This document shows positions 25,453 through 39,959 of a DNA stretch of 64,000 bases, one piece after another (position 1 is the first letter of the stretch; every line of letters starts with the position of its first letter). A program made the position numbers and the translations under genes. The notes below the pieces were generated by a model. It saw only the letters and a list, made by a program, of their open reading frames with translations. It ran no database searches and was not told the origin of the DNA. Source of the DNA: Mobula hypostoma (lineage: Eukaryota); contig NC_086097.1 of the NCBI RefSeq assembly GCF_963921235.1, positions 110,610,001-110,674,000 on the forward strand, written 5' to 3'.

Positions 25453-26769
25453 AAATGTCTCCCTCCTGTACATCATTCATATCTTCCACTTCCCCCCCCC
25501 ACCCCGTATTCGTGTGACTATTTCAAAGCTTATTGAATGCCAATTCCTCACTATGCTTGAGAACTCTTCAGGAACCCACCAATATTTATATAAAAAAAAC
25601 ATGGCCCTCATGTTGCCTTTAAACTTTCCCCCATCTAACCTTAAAAGCATGATCCTAGACTGTCCTTCTGATGAAAACTTCCTCGCCATGTGCACTCTGT
25701 TCTGGCTTTTCAGAATCCAGGAGGATTCAATGAGATAACCCCACCCCCATCTTCATCCTTCTGAGTTCCACCAAATCCAGGCCCAGAGATTTCAGACTCT
25801 CCTCATACGTTAACCCTTTCATTCCCAGATTTTTTCTTGTGATCCTCCTTTGGGTCATCTCCACAGCCAGCACATTCATTCTTTGATATTGGGCTCAAAA
25901 TTGCTCACAATAAAATATTCCAAATGTCATCTGAGCAATGCCTTATAAAAGCTCTCTTTGTAATTTTGATTTCTAAATGTTTCTTCCCATTTAGAAAATA
26001 GTCTAACAGACAAAATGGTGGAGATGAGGCAGATTCTATAAACAGTCATCATTTCAGGCTGAGACCATTCATCAAGACTTCTCAGTCCAAAATGTCACCT
26101 GTTTATTCCTCTCCACAGATGCTCCCTGACCTGCTGAGTTATCCCAGTATTTACGTGTGTGCTACTCCAGATTTCTAGCATCTGACGAATCTCTTCTGTT
26201 TGGAAAACTGACGAGACCTCTATTCTTCCTATTGAAGAACATTATCCCACACTTCCCTACACCATCTGCCACTCCTTTGCCATCCTTCTGTGGATTCTCC
26301 AATCTTGGTATCATCTGCAAACTTGACCACAATGCCCTGTCAGATCCTTCATCTAGATCATAAACACATGTGAAAGGTTGCATTCCAACACTGGCCCCTG
26401 CAGAATCCCACTAATCACTGGCAGCTGAAAAGGACCCCTTTATTCCAACTCACTGACTTCTGTCAGAGAGCCAACCTTTCATCCACCTTGACTCTAACAC
26501 CACAGGCTTTTACCTTGCTTAGCAGGATGTACAGCACTTTTTCAAAGGCCTTCTTAATATCCAAGTTATTAATGTCTACTGACTCTTTTGACAAACCTAC
26601 TCAATACCTCCTCACAAATTTCCAACAGATTTGTCAAAAAATCCTCATAGATTTTTCATTTCTTAATGAAACTATACTGACTTTTCCCTATTTTATGTTG
26701 AAGTTCTAAGTATTCTGTAATTTCATCTTCAATAAGCAAACATAATTGTGCGCTAAAGTTGGATGCAAT

Positions 26770-27437
26770 TAGATTAGATTATTAGATTATGAGGACACGC
26801 AGTCCTCTTTTATTGTCATTTAGTAATGCATGTTTTAAGAAATGATACAATGTTTCCCCAGAATGATATCACAGAAGCACAAGACAAACTGACTGATAAA
26901 CTGACAAAAACCACATAATTATAACATATAGTTACAACAGTGCAAAGCAATACCGTAATTTGATGAACAACAGACCATGGCACGGTTAAAAAAAAGTCTC
27001 TCGAAAGTCCCATCATCTCATGCAGATGGAGAAGGAAGAAAAACTTTCCCTGCCATGAGATTCCAGCGCCGCAAACTTGCCGATGCAGCATCCTGGAAGC
27101 ACCCGACCACAGCCGACTCTTGAGTCCGTCCAAAAACTTCAAGCCTCCAACCAGCCCTCCGACACCGAGCACTACCTCTGCCGAGTGCTTCGACCCCAGC
27201 CCTGGCAACAGACAATAGGCAAAGCCTAAAATTTGGGGGCTTCCCCTCCAAAGATTCTCAATCGCACAGTAGCAGCGGCAGCGAAGCGGGCATTTCAGAA
27301 GTTTCTCCAGGTGTTCCTCCGTGCTTCTCATGTCTGTCTCCATCAAATCAGAATTGTGCACGGCCCCTAGTTAACACATACGATATCATTTTGGAGCAGC
27401 CGCACGCATTGCGTCGCACCGCCATCTTCTCCTCCCC
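26770..27437 (-). mobile_element. Non-autonomous retroposon with a simple-repeat tail
   Basis: On the reverse strand: CpG-rich 5' end ggaggagaagatggcgg, then acaataaaag and an (aatct)n tail at 26770-26789. Confidence 0.5.
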
Positions 27438-28286
27438 CTTTAATGTTTCAGCATGTTTTTGTATATGTGTAAAATGAACTTTCTTCTCATGTGGGCAGTC
27501 TAGGACCAGAGGACACAGTATCAGAATACAAGGGGTTCCCTTTAGAACAGAGATTGGAGGAATTTTTTTTTTTAGCTAGAAGGTGGTGAATCTGTGGAAT
27601 ACATTGCCACAGTAATTGGGTATATTTAAAGTCGAGGATGATGGGTTCTTCATTAGTAAGGGGCGTCAGATGGGGAGAAGGCAAAAGAAGGTGGTTGAGA
27701 GGAATAATAAATCAGTGACCAATGGTGACGACCTGCAGGCAGTTCACAAAACTGCTTCTTCTTCGCCTTTTCAATATATTTCTACTACTAATCTGTGTCC
27801 AATTGAGCCTGTATTTTACTTTTTGATAATGTGTCTTGGGGCCAATTGAGCAGTCTGGCACTTTTGTTGTCTCAGAGATTGAGAGCAAAATTGAGAATAG
27901 AGTGTGCGGCCTAATGGTAGAGTGCAAACATACGACCGGCTCCATTACTCACCGATTAAAGCACTGAGCAAAACTGAAATCAATGAGAACAAGTGAGTGT
28001 TCAATATAATCTGCCTGAGATTAACCCATCTCCCTCTCCCTCTCACTCGCTGCTACTGGAGGGAAATGCAGGAGTCTTGGGTCTTGGGCAAGGATTGATT
28101 GGTGCGGCTTGTGGATTGGACTTGTTTTTAAGAGGACTTTGCGGTTCATGTTGCATGTGTTTCTGGTTTCTGGTTACCCTTTTCTATTGCTATTCTGTGG
28201 GATTTTAATAGAGGCAGCAACCCCCAACAACCCCCAAATTAACACTAAACTAATCATGGGACAATTTACAATGACCAAACAAGCTA

Positions 28287-29625
28287 CACCCTATCCTCGT
28301 TATATGCGAGGGATACATTCCTCGAAGTTGACGCATAATGTGAAATCGCATAACGTGAGTAATTATTTAAATGGAGAAAATAGGGATGTGTTCTAGAGGG
28401 CTTCCTAAATATGTTTTATCTGTAACTTATTCACATTTTCATACCAATTCGACATAAAAGCAGTACTACAAGTCAACATTTGTATTATATTTAATCAATT
28501 TAAGGTAATATTCAATGTAATAAATCATAGAAAGTTAACATCCTCTAGTGTACAGTACTCACCAACAGTGGCAGGTGTGTTGGCTCTGGGAGATGAGTGG
28601 TTATTGTGGTGTCGGGCAGCTTTACACAGATAAGGTGGATGGTTGTGGTCATCAGGATCATATCAAGCGCAGCAAGGGGTGAAGGAAGACTCAAGGAACT
28701 CTTAGAACTGTCGGCAGCAGAAGATTACAGCAATTTGAATAAAGTGGTGAGGGTTGTTTGCTTGACAGCATTTTGTTTTTCAGCATAAATTTGCTTGTAG
28801 GGAAGAAGGGTTGACGGCAGGGAACGACTGAAATGTTGACTCCGTTCTAAACTTGGGTCCACGTCCATCGCCATTTGTGTCAAGTGTTCCCACTTCCACC
28901 ATTCCCTCACCGTTGGTAAACTCCTAGGATTTTCAAAATCGTCTGTTGCTTGCAGCATCTGAGAGATAGTTCACCGTAAAAAAATACGTACGCCTTGAAT
29001 GTGGATCACACCGGTCAAGTGGTTGAATCAGCGATGTTGTGTTAAGCGGAGGAAACGCACTGTTATGTTAGGATGAATGCTGTCCAAATGTTTAGGATGG
29101 GCTGGCACATTGTCAAGCAACAAAGGAATTTTAAAGGGAAGTTTCTGTTCCCGGCAGTAGCGTCCCAGAGCTGTGTTACCTTCAGCTGATGCTGCGCTGT
29201 TTATAATTTCCAACTTTTTTTCAAGTGTTAAAGCGGTTCTTTGCCGCTCGGCTGACGGCCCAAGACATGACGTCAGATGCTTAGGAGACATAGTTAAATA
29301 TTTCAAGCACAAAATCACTGCACCATAGGTAAAACCAACAAAAGTTTAAGATCGCGCATCCACACCTTGCCAAAACCAATGCGAGAGTGGCGGGACAGAG
29401 ATTGCGAGGCACGTACACCTGTCTTGTATTGGCAGGAAAGCGGTGCTTCTCATCCCAACAGTGAGACTGTGAGACGTGTGCACGTGACTAGTATTGGTGG
29501 GAAGGCAGTGCTCCTCGCATAACTGTGAATTTTGACGCATATAACGAGACGTTGGTAGAAATAGGTTCCTCACATAACTGTGAATCCCCGCATAGTCTGA
29601 AGACGCATATAACGAGGATAGGGTG
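28287..29625 (-). mobile_element. Internally deleted Tigger/pogo DNA transposon (1339 bp)
   Basis: Perfect 22-bp TIRs caccctatcctcgttatatgcg (28287-28308 / 29604-29625) with TA on both sides. The minus ORF has the HTH motif RQRTALTLEKKLEII fused to the DDE_1 fragment LLLDNVPAHP. It is inserted into a V-SINE. Confidence 0.92.
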
Positions 29626-30354
29626 TACTACCTGATATGTCTTTGGACTGGGGGAAGAAACCAAAGCACCAGGAGAAAACTCACATATCCCTGGGGAGGT
29701 CATACAGACACCTTACGGATGATATCAGAATTGAACCCAAAGCTGTAAAAGTGTCGCACTAACCTCTACACTACCACGGCGCCCCATTACATTATTAATT
29801 TAGTGCATCTTCCAATGTCCTCTCTAAGCCAGCTTTTGGTCCCTTTCATTTTGTTCATATAGTTTCATATAAGCACTAAATCCCAAATCTATCCTGAAAA
29901 GCACTGGAAAATGTATACACTTGACAATCCCAGTAATATTTCCTCAACTTTGTAATTACACAGCACTGAAGGAAAACATCTCTGCCCTTTCACAGCAGCT
30001 AGAAATTCTGATCAGGCCATAGGTCTTTAAAATTAAATATAAACCAGTTTGTTTTCTATTCCCAGCCAGACATGCATGTAGTAAGTGTATTGTTAGATTT
30101 GACTAAAGGAGAAGAGGAAGTATACAACCATGCTTGCAGTTTCCTAACAGGAAAATGTATAGAGAACTACAAGCCTATTCTGAGGAGTTTTCTGTCCATT
30201 AATGGCTGGAAATGCATCGGGCTTGCAAGTATAATTTGACAACCTTTGATGGCGATTATTTATCAATCCCTGACGCATGCATTCACACATTTTACTCCCT
30301 GAGGCAGTTAAGCAGAATAGAAAAAGACCTGAACAACAGGAATTGTCAATGTTA

Positions 30355-30920
30355 TCGATCCAAGATTCTTCTAGTACACAAGTGCACAGGAGAACAAAAT
30401 AATTGCTACTCCGGATCCAATGCAGCACAAAAAAAGGCAAAGAAAAATAATAGAAAAAACACCACACATATAAATGTGTCAGACATTTTATATACACAGA
30501 TTGATTATATATACATAAAGTGATATGTACATAAGTTAGAGATAAAGTAGTGGAGGTTGGGGTGTGGAGGGGTGGGTGATTGGGCAGAGGTGTTGATCAT
30601 ACTTACTGCTTGGGGGAAGTAACTGTTTTTGAGTCTGGTGGTCCTGGAATGGATGCTACATTGTCTCACTCCCATCAGGGAGGAGGCTAACAGTCCATGA
30701 GCAGAGTGGGTGGGATCCCTCATGATGTTACTTGCCATTTTCTGGCACCTTTCTGTATATACTGTATGTCCTTGATGGTAGGTAGGTTGGTACCAGTGAT
30801 GCAGTTTTGACGACCCGTTGTAGAGCCTTGCTGCCCACTTGCTACCGTGCAGTGATGCAACTTGCTTGGATGCTCTCTACTGCACATCTGTAGAATGACA
30901 CGTGTATGGATGTGCATCTG
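30355..30920 (-). mobile_element. Rex1/Babar-type LINE 3' fragment
   Basis: ASNIMRDPTHSAHGLL...SIHSRTTRLKNSYFPQAV. Confidence 0.7.
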
Positions 30921-32784
30921 AAAGGAATGAAACTGATCACTGATCATGCTGACCTGAACTATAAATATCGTTAATGTGGACATTCCCTAGACTAGGTCTC
31001 TGTGCTCCTGCCATTGGCCGGTCTCCACAAGAGTGAACTTCCATGTTGCCGACAAGATTCTGGCCAGGCCTAAACAACCAAAGAGGTAAAACGTTGTGCG
31101 TTGGCCACATAAACAGGAGGACTGATGGATCAGGGAGGTTGGGTCTGGGAGTGCTCAGCATGAAATGCCAGAGCTAAGGAGGGGGAGTAAGGTCAAGCAG
31201 CATGAGGGATCTATCCAAAGTCGTGCCTGCACTCATCCAGCTATTATAAACATGGGAGACTCTGCAGATGCTGGAAATCCAGTGTAACACACATAAGATG
31301 CTGGAGGAACTCAGTTGCACAGGGAGCATCTACGGAAATGAATGAAAAGTCAACATATTGGGCCAAGGCCCTTCACCAAAACTCCGAGCAGGTCAGCCTG
31401 TTTATCTTTATCCAACAGTTAGCGGTGGGAGGAAACAGAGAGAGATGCTAGATAGATGATATTTCAAATGTTCCTTCAAAGTACGTTCAATTTGCAGTAT
31501 TCATTAAAGAAAATAGTTTCAACATGGTTTCAAAGTTGACTTCTTGAATGCAAATAATTAACTTTTAAATCACCTGCAGAATGCACACATCAAGATGGGG
31601 GATTTTAACTTACACACAGAATAAAAAACTCAGGTGGAAAAAGGAGATTAAGAATAAGGAGTCTATAGGATGCTATCTACATCAGAGCCAACCAGAATGC
31701 AAGCCATTCTACAGCCGCTATTGGGCAGTGAGACTGGATTAATCAATTGTTTCATTGTGATAGTAGGTTTCAGTGATCAGATTCACATTTATTTATTGAA
31801 ACATGCAGTGAAATGCAAGTGCTAACAACCAACACTCCCAAGGATCTGCTGGGGGCAGCCCACAAGTGTTGCCACACATTCCAGCGCCAACATAGCTTGT
31901 CCACAGTGCTCGGCAGGGCCACACAGAACACAAGAAGCAACAAAACAACAACTGCAAAACAAGCCCCATTCCTCCCTCCCACCTACCATAACGTGTTCAA
32001 TTTTACATTTGACTAATGGGAGAGATAACTAGCTCTGAGACTAATATTTTAAACTTAAACAAAGACAATTACTAGAATATGAGAGCAAAGATTTGCAAAT
32101 TAGGTTAAACTATCAGAGTATTATCAGATGTTTAAAGGGGCCTTTCAGTATATGCAGAAAAGATACATCCTGGCAAATAAAAAAAAATCCAAAGGGAGAG
32201 CCAGTTATCTATGGTTAAATAAGAATGCTAAAGCTAGTTTCAACCTGAAAGAAAAAAAAACACCTTTTAAGTGAATAAAGGCAGTTGGCAGCTCAGAAGA
32301 TCAGACAAGATATGTACGACAAGTGACTTGAGAGTTATTAAGAAAGCATGGGTATCAAAGGAGGCAGAGATAATGAGAAGGGAAATGGAGATGCTTGCCA
32401 GGTGAATATCCATTGAAAACCAGGTTAGTGGGAAGCTGAAAAGGGAACGAATTGTGAGTACAATAAAATGGCAGTAAACATAGAAGCGAATCTGGAAGTC
32501 CATCGACAAGGATGTGAATCAAAAGGGAATGGCAGATCAGATAAAGAAAATGCTTTTTTTAGAAAGAGGTAAAGACATAGAAGAGAGGGATGCAAATATC
32601 ATAGGAGAAGGGAAAGAAATGAAAATAAATGTCGTGAAGATTGATAAGGAGGAAATATCAGAAATACTGCCTATTATTAAACGACAATAGACTTGAATAT
32701 TATGTAATCTAGGCTACAGAGAGACTGGAGATTGCAGGATTTCCTACAGTGTTCCAATCCATCTGAAGTACATATGGAGTTTAA

Positions 32785-33018
32785 TTTTAATTTAATTTAG
32801 CACAATTAACAAGCCCTTGCAGCCCAATGATCCCACGCCACCCAATTACACCTATTTTACCAAATAATGTACTAACCCACATGTCTTTGGAATGTAAGTC
32901 GAAACCCAGGTGGTCACGCAGACAACGTGCAAACTCCTTACAGACAGCAGTGGGAATTAAACCCTGGTTGCTGTCGCTGTAAAACGATGCATTAACCACT
33001 ACACCACTGTGCTGCCCC
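32785..33018 (-). mobile_element. tRNA-derived V-SINE
   Basis: The reverse strand starts ggggcagcacagtggtgtagtggttaatg with a B-box-like ggtttaattcc. The core resembles 3344-3630. Confidence 0.65.
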
Positions 33019-33679
33019 ATGGTAGTTCCAGAGGAGTGTTAAATGGCAAGTGTACACTTGCTCAAAAAAGGGAGCAAGGACATGCCAGACAATTGAAGGT
33101 CTATCAGTTAAACTTCAATTTTTGGGGAAGTTACCAGAAAAAATAACCTGGACAAAAAATAACCAACAGGCAGTTCAAGAAGTATGATAAAGGAAAGCCA
33201 GTGTAGAGTTGACTAAGGATTGAATTTCTTGATGGGATGGCAGAGAAGGAATTTCAATGGATTTTAGATAGTATTTAATAAAGCTTGATACAAGATTATG
33301 GGTGACTTGGTAGGATAAAAAGAAATAAACTTTCTGATGGTTTTGGTAATAAAAACTGTGGGGGAACAGTGAAAATTTAGGGCAAAAGAAGACAACAAAA
33401 AACAATGATAGTTATTTCTATCCATGGTAGTAATGATCTAGATTTGATATTTCACAGGGATAATGGAAACATAATTAGGAGGATATTCACACATGAATTG
33501 AAAAACAATTTGCAGAGAATAGTTTGTAGGACTATGTGGAAAGAGTGGGAAATGGGACTGAGGAGATTGCTGTAACAAGTACAAATAGATTCAATGGATC
33601 AAATTACTTCATGTTATGCTACAATCATTCTATCATATTTGCATTCTATCATATTGCTGGCTTTATTTTCCATGGTGAA

Positions 33680-34210
33680 TAGGGTTGCCAACTTTCTCAC
33701 TCCCAAATAAGGGACAAAAGTAGCAGTCAAATATGGGACACTTGTGTTTACCCTGAGAAAGACTACCATGACCATGAAGCCTTGTGCGGGCACCTGTATG
33801 CGTATGCGTGACGTGCGCATTGCACATGCGTGTACGTGCCAATTTTTTCCTACAAATCGGTTTTGGCTTAATCTTCCCGACTACCCTGTATATACATCAT
33901 TTCTACTTTATATAGGCTGTGTATTTATCATATCATTCCTGCTTTTACTATATGTTAGTGTTATTTTAGGTTTTATGTGTTATTTGGTATGATTTGGTAG
34001 GTTATTTTCTGGGTCTGGGAAAGCTCAAAACTTTTTCCCATATAAATGGTAATTGCTTCTTCGTTTTATGCCATTTCGGCACAAAAGGTTTCATAGGAAT
34101 GCTCTACCTTAGTGGGGGAAATACGGGACAAGGGCGGTCCCGTATGGGACAAACTAATTTAGCCCAATATACGGGATGTCCCGGCTAACAGGGGACAGTT
34201 GGCAACTCTA
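33680..34210. mobile_element. hAT-superfamily MITE (531 bp)
   Basis: TIRs tagggttgccaact / agttggcaactcta. Perfect 8-bp TSD atggtgaa (33672-33679 / 34211-34218). Subterminal gggaca repeats. Confidence 0.88.
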
Positions 34211-37200
34211 ATGGTGAAATATGTCAGATGTTCTAAATCGGTAGGAAATATTAAGGCAACAAAAGAATTTTTGTCTGATTAGAGACAACACAATCTTTTG
34301 AATTTATTTACACTAAGAATGGTAACCCATTAAAAAAAATGGCCTCCTACACAACCGACCAGCTACCGTGGGGCAGCATAGTAGTGTAGAGGTCATTTCT
34401 AGTATAAAGTACAAATGTTATCCAGTCTTCCTCTGCCAGAGCTTGGCTGGGGATCTCCTTGCAAAGACTTACTACTATCAACAGCAATGTGTTCTTCCAT
34501 TGAGTAACAGGGTAAACCTGCCTATGCACAGGGTGTGTGTCAGAGATGGGAAGATATGACTGTGGCGATAAAGAGAAGGTGAATTGCAGCATAGGTGACC
34601 TCTAGATTGTACAACATAGGGTGAGCTTTGGGGGATTTGGAGGAACTGTTCAATGTAGTGGCAGCAGTTGTTGGATTGGGAGCGATGGGCCGCATGAGGG
34701 CGAGGGAATGCATTTCTCTGATCAACGACTTCCTCACATCTCCCTGCTAGACTGGACCATTTTGTTACCATGGCACTCAACAAAGATGTCAGAGGGTCAA
34801 CAAGGCTGAAGTTGCTGCACAATGCTTCAAAATGGAATGATATCATTCAGTAGATTTCAGGACCCTTAGGAGGACTGATGCAGAGCGGTTCTTGCAAGTC
34901 CATACTGCTGTGAAAGTGGTGACACAAGTCGCTGGGACAGTAAAGAAGGTGAATGGTATGCTGTCTTCATTATTCAGGGTGTTGAGTACAGAAGTCAGGA
35001 AGTCATGTTACCACTGTGTAAAACTTCTGGCTAGGCCAAACTGGTTGTGTGAGGCATAGAGACTTAGTGTTCCTTGTACACTGATAACCAAAAGCCAGAA
35101 GGGGGACGGAACAAGCAGAAAGTGGTCAGCAGAATGGGAAAAGAAAAAGGAACAGCAGAAGCTCTCAACTGGAAAATGCAATTCGACTAAAGTTCCAAAT
35201 GTCAGCAGTACACTTCTTTTCCGGCATATTCGGAAGAGGAAAAGTCCAAATCTGGAGACAGAGGTCCACTAATGCTGCAAATAGTGACTGATAGTTTTAT
35301 AGTAGATGGGTTTCACAATCAGTCTTAAGTTCCTATGAGTTTGCTGAGTGAGAAACATTATGATCATTTTAGAACCGGGGGTACAAAGGACAGGGGAGTT
35401 CCAAAAATTAAACAATAGCATACTGTTAAATAGAAAAGTGTTTTATAGGCTTATTTAACAGCCTGTGGTAAACATGGCTGATAGACAGCACTGTAATGAA
35501 TAAGTGCTTGCATTAAAAAAATACATTCTTCAGTGTGCACATGTGCTTCTGATATATAAATTGTATCCATGCTCCCAGTCCAAAATCCTAAGATAAGCCT
35601 CTAGCTGACGATCTTCTGCATTTATATGTCTTGGCAAATGTAAATGAAATGGAAGAGATAAATCGGAGAAGTGGGGTGAAATGAAAGAATCTTTTCACGT
35701 TTGGCAGTGGAAGAAATTGTTCCATCATTATAAACCTAAAAAGAGCCTAAAACCAGTGGACAATACATATGCAATATGCAGCAAATTATACTAACCATTA
35801 GTGATCAATGCTGACAAATGTGACCTGCCCAAAAACTCTACAGGAAAACAGATAACAGACATCAATGAATTTCGCTGCACTCTTCAGATTAAGAATTTTA
35901 AGGGAAATGTTCGAGAGCAAAGTGGCTGCACTGAGGGAAGAAGTCAGATCATATGGAAATATAAATGTTACTGTTTCTATTGCACCTTTAATCTAACAAT
36001 ATATTCCCAAGTCATGAGTTCAAATCCCAACACAGCAGGTTTCAAAATGGGATTCAATAAATCTGGCAATTTGTGCATTGGTAAAGTATTCAGGTTTGCT
36101 GCAAAAATGAAATTGATTTAAGACGTCCTTCAGTGAAGACAGCCTCCCAGGGGTATAGGAGACCAAGGGGGAACTTTGTAAAAGTGTAACAAATCATGAG
36201 GGGCATAGATAAGGAGAATAGTCACAGTCCTTTTCCGAGAGCGGAGGACTCTAAAACTGGACTGTATGAGTTTTATGAAATGAAACATTTGATAAGGACC
36301 TGATGGGCAACTCTCTCTACACAGAAGGTGGTGGGTATGAGGAATGAGCTAGCAGACAAAGTGTTAAGAGGAGGGTACAATAACAACATTTGCATGTCTC
36401 AGCAGGACCTGAGCCAAATGTGGGGAAATGGGTTGGTATAGATGAGTTGAGTCTGTTTCCATGATATATAACTCTATAATTTGTTTCAAAGTTACTTCTT
36501 CCCTTCTGCCATCCGATTCCTAAATAGACTTTGAAGCTTTGGACACTACCTCACTTTTTTAATATACAGTATTGCTGTTTTTGCACATTTTTAATAATCT
36601 ATTCAACATACATAATTGATTTACTTGTTTATTTATGTTTTATTTTATTTATTATTTTTTTCTCTCTGTTTCTGCTAGATTATGTATTGCATTGAACTGC
36701 TGCTGCTAAGTTAACAAATTTCACGTCACATGCCGGTGATAATAAACCTGATTCTGATTCTGAAGTTACTGTGTAACTAGCTTCACTAAACCTGCACACG
36801 TAACTCGTAATATCAGAAGTGACCGAGAAAGCCCATTAGCTGAAAATGAATAACTGGTGTTAAAATTAAAGGTCCTTTTCAGTGTAATTGATGGCACACA
36901 GATAATGCTTACATCCCAACCAAGGGAGCCAAAACTCTCCATCAAGCTATGATAACATTTCTTTCTGTTTCAGTTGCAACCTTTTGCCCAAGCAGAGTGA
37001 ATGGCCTGGCACCTATTCTATAAACTCGTTGCCTTTTATTTTTTTCCTATAACCCCAACAACCCCTACTCCAATCAGTTCAACCCATATGACCAATTGAA
37101 TTCATTCCAGCAGACAATGGACAAGAAGTGGAAACATTCAACAGAGCTCCATATGCAACTCATTGTTACGGCATCGTTTTCAGAGTTCTCCAGTGCTTTA

Positions 37201-39431
37201 ACATCCTTCCGACTGTGTGGTGACCAGATTTGTGTGCACTATTGCAATTGATATCTGACTAATTTTTTTAATGTATATAAAGCAGGAGCATAGCCTCTGT
37301 GGTCTTGTATTTCAATGTCCTGACTAATGAAGGCCAGTACCTCTAATGACTTAACTATGCTATCTACCTGCACTGACGTTTTCAAAGATCATTATATTTG
37401 CACACCATAGCCCTTCTGCTCCACAATGCTCCCAAGGACCTCACCATGACCTTACCTCACTAGAACTTCCAAACTGCATCACCAAACATTTATCTGGATT
37501 AAACCTGCTCTCCCATTTCTAAGTTATTTTGCCAACACACCATTATCACCATGTAGTTTACAATTAACCTCCACATTGATTAAAGCTTGGCTTTATTTGT
37601 CACATGTACATCAAAACATAGTGAAATGCATTGTTTGTGTCAAATCAAATCAGCGAGGATTGTACTGGGCAGCCCACAAGTGTCACAACATCTCCAAACT
37701 TAGTATCATCTACAAACTTCCTGATCATGCTGCATCCAAATTATTCACGTGCTATACTAACGGCAAAAGTCGCAGCACCACTAGCCAAAAGCATCCAACC
37801 TCAAGAACAATCCTATACCTCCAGCCTCCATCTCCCATTGTCTGCTTGAAATGCAAGTGAGTGGGCTGAAACAATCAGACACAGTGAGCCTAGATCTGAA
37901 GAAAATTTGTAAAATTTCACTTCAGTATGTAAGCATTTAAAAGGGAGAGTAGCTGATGAACAAACATTTCTGGAGGACATCTCAGCGCCATGCATGGGGG
38001 ACTCTGGATCAAGGACTCTTTGGGACTTCTGCTGTTGCTTGCATGGTAGGGAGGACTTTTGCTGCTGCTTGTGCGAAGAAGGGGGAGGGGTTTCGATGTT
38101 TCTATCATTCATTCCGTGGGGTTTCTTTGTTTCGTGGACGTCCGTGAAGAGGACGAATTTCAGGTTGTATACTGTGTACATACTCTGATATTAAACGTAG
38201 CTTTGAACCTTTGCACAGTGAAAAGGGAAGATAGTTCGGGAGTTAATAGCTTGAGGTAGGGGAATATGGGTCATGATACATACCAAGGATCTGTGCTGGG
38301 ACCTTTTCTTTTCTATCCGTGCAAATGATTTTGAGAGAAAAAAATATATTGTGGTGTGTGTATGCTACCAAATTAGGGAGAAAGAAAGAGATCAAGCAGG
38401 AGGCCAGACAGGTTGTGGATAAGGAGTTAAATTCCAAAGCAGTGAAATGTAGCATGTCTTGGAGAAATAGAAAGCATGTAAAGAAAAATGCCCTAAATGG
38501 CAAACATTTAAACCAAGTGAACAAACTGGAAATATCAGGTGTGGAAGGTAAATATCCACAGGGCTTCTCCTCATCACATCCTATATCTCTTGTGGACAAT
38601 CAGTAAGTAATCTCTGAAAGAATTAACTGGACTTCAGAGTGGGTATAGAAAATTAGAAAAAAAAATTAGAAAAAACCCTAATTTTTGGAAAATGACAATA
38701 GATCAATTTCATATCTGTCACTGCCACAAACCGCAGCCAACATCTCAATAACTCGGGCTGGTCTCCATCTCACATTATGCTTGGGTGGAGGAGAAGCAGG
38801 AGGAGCAGAATGAGGAGGAGAGACCAGAAAAAGGAGGAGAAATGAAGACCACCACTGGGAAGCATTCATCGGTATGCCTGTGGGGGTGCACGCTGCAGTG
38901 CTGACGCTCGATTAATGTCAATGAGAGTCCTTTCCTCAACCGATCACTCAGACAGTGCATTCAAAATTCCATCTAACATCTTGGTGACAATGGCTTCTAG
39001 TTATTGACACTTTGGCTACTGGGGAAAAGATTCCTTCTCCCTACCCTATCCAAGTCCTTGACAATTCCCTATCCTTCCATCAGATAGTACACACACCCCG
39101 CCCCACCCCTCCCCAACACTCGACCCTCCTCTCTGCAAGGAAATCAAACCTGCGATGCAGTCTCTCCTCATAACTGAAACATTCCATTTTGCCAATATCA
39201 TGGCGAGTCTCCTTTGCCACATCTCCAGTATAATCAAACGTATCCTCAAGTCAGGTGGCCAGAACTAGTCTTTATCTTGTATACCCTATGTAACGAAGCC
39301 CAGTATCCCTTCTTCACTAACTAGTCTACCTGTGTTGCACCTTCAGAGACCAATGTAAGCACACTCAGGTTCCTCTAGTTCTCAGTGCCCCCTAAAGTCC
39401 CACCATTTGTGATGCAGGTCTACCTTATTAT

Positions 39432-39840
39432 CTACTTACTTACTGCCCGTCACACCACTGGTGTTCAGGGCAGCAATGAAGGTTCTCCATCCCTGGCAGT
39501 GTGCAGGCCTTCCTTCACTCTGTCAGCAGTTTCCTCTGTTTTCATGACTGTCAGTCATGCAAGTCCCGGGCGGAGAATCAGGGATACCATCGCACTCAGA
39601 TACAGAAGGATTCTTCATTGCTGTTTCCATAACAACTTTGTTTTACCAGTCAGGGTTCTGAGCTGAACCTGAAGGGCCAATGGACCATTACTAGTCTGTC
39701 CTCTGTCCTTTGACCTGTTTGGCATGGGTGACCCTACCAAAAACCACAGCATAAAGCCCTGAATCCAGCCAGAACAGCTCTCCAGGTCACTGAGGTATGC
39801 AAACCTCCAAATCACAACAAGGTTGTGGTCCTCTGGGAGG
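39432..39840 (-). mobile_element. RTE-derived non-autonomous element (RTE 5'UTR plus tail)
   Basis: The reverse strand accacaaccttgttgtg...ggtagggtcacccatgccaaacaggtc resembles RTE/Rex3 5'UTRs as recalled. A (tact)n tail lies at 39432-39444. Confidence 0.5.
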
Positions 39841-39959
39841 CCTACTCTTATTAGACCTTCAAAAATGCTTCACCTCACATATCAGAAAAATTACAACTGT
39901 AAATGCTCTGTATAACATTCAACTTGTCAATATTATTCTATATTCAATATTATTTCTTC

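Noticed and set aside
38680..38960. GA-rich, exon-like or transposase-like segment (similar tract at about 48600-48850)
   Set aside because: No convincing ORF, splice-site pair or recognisable motif.
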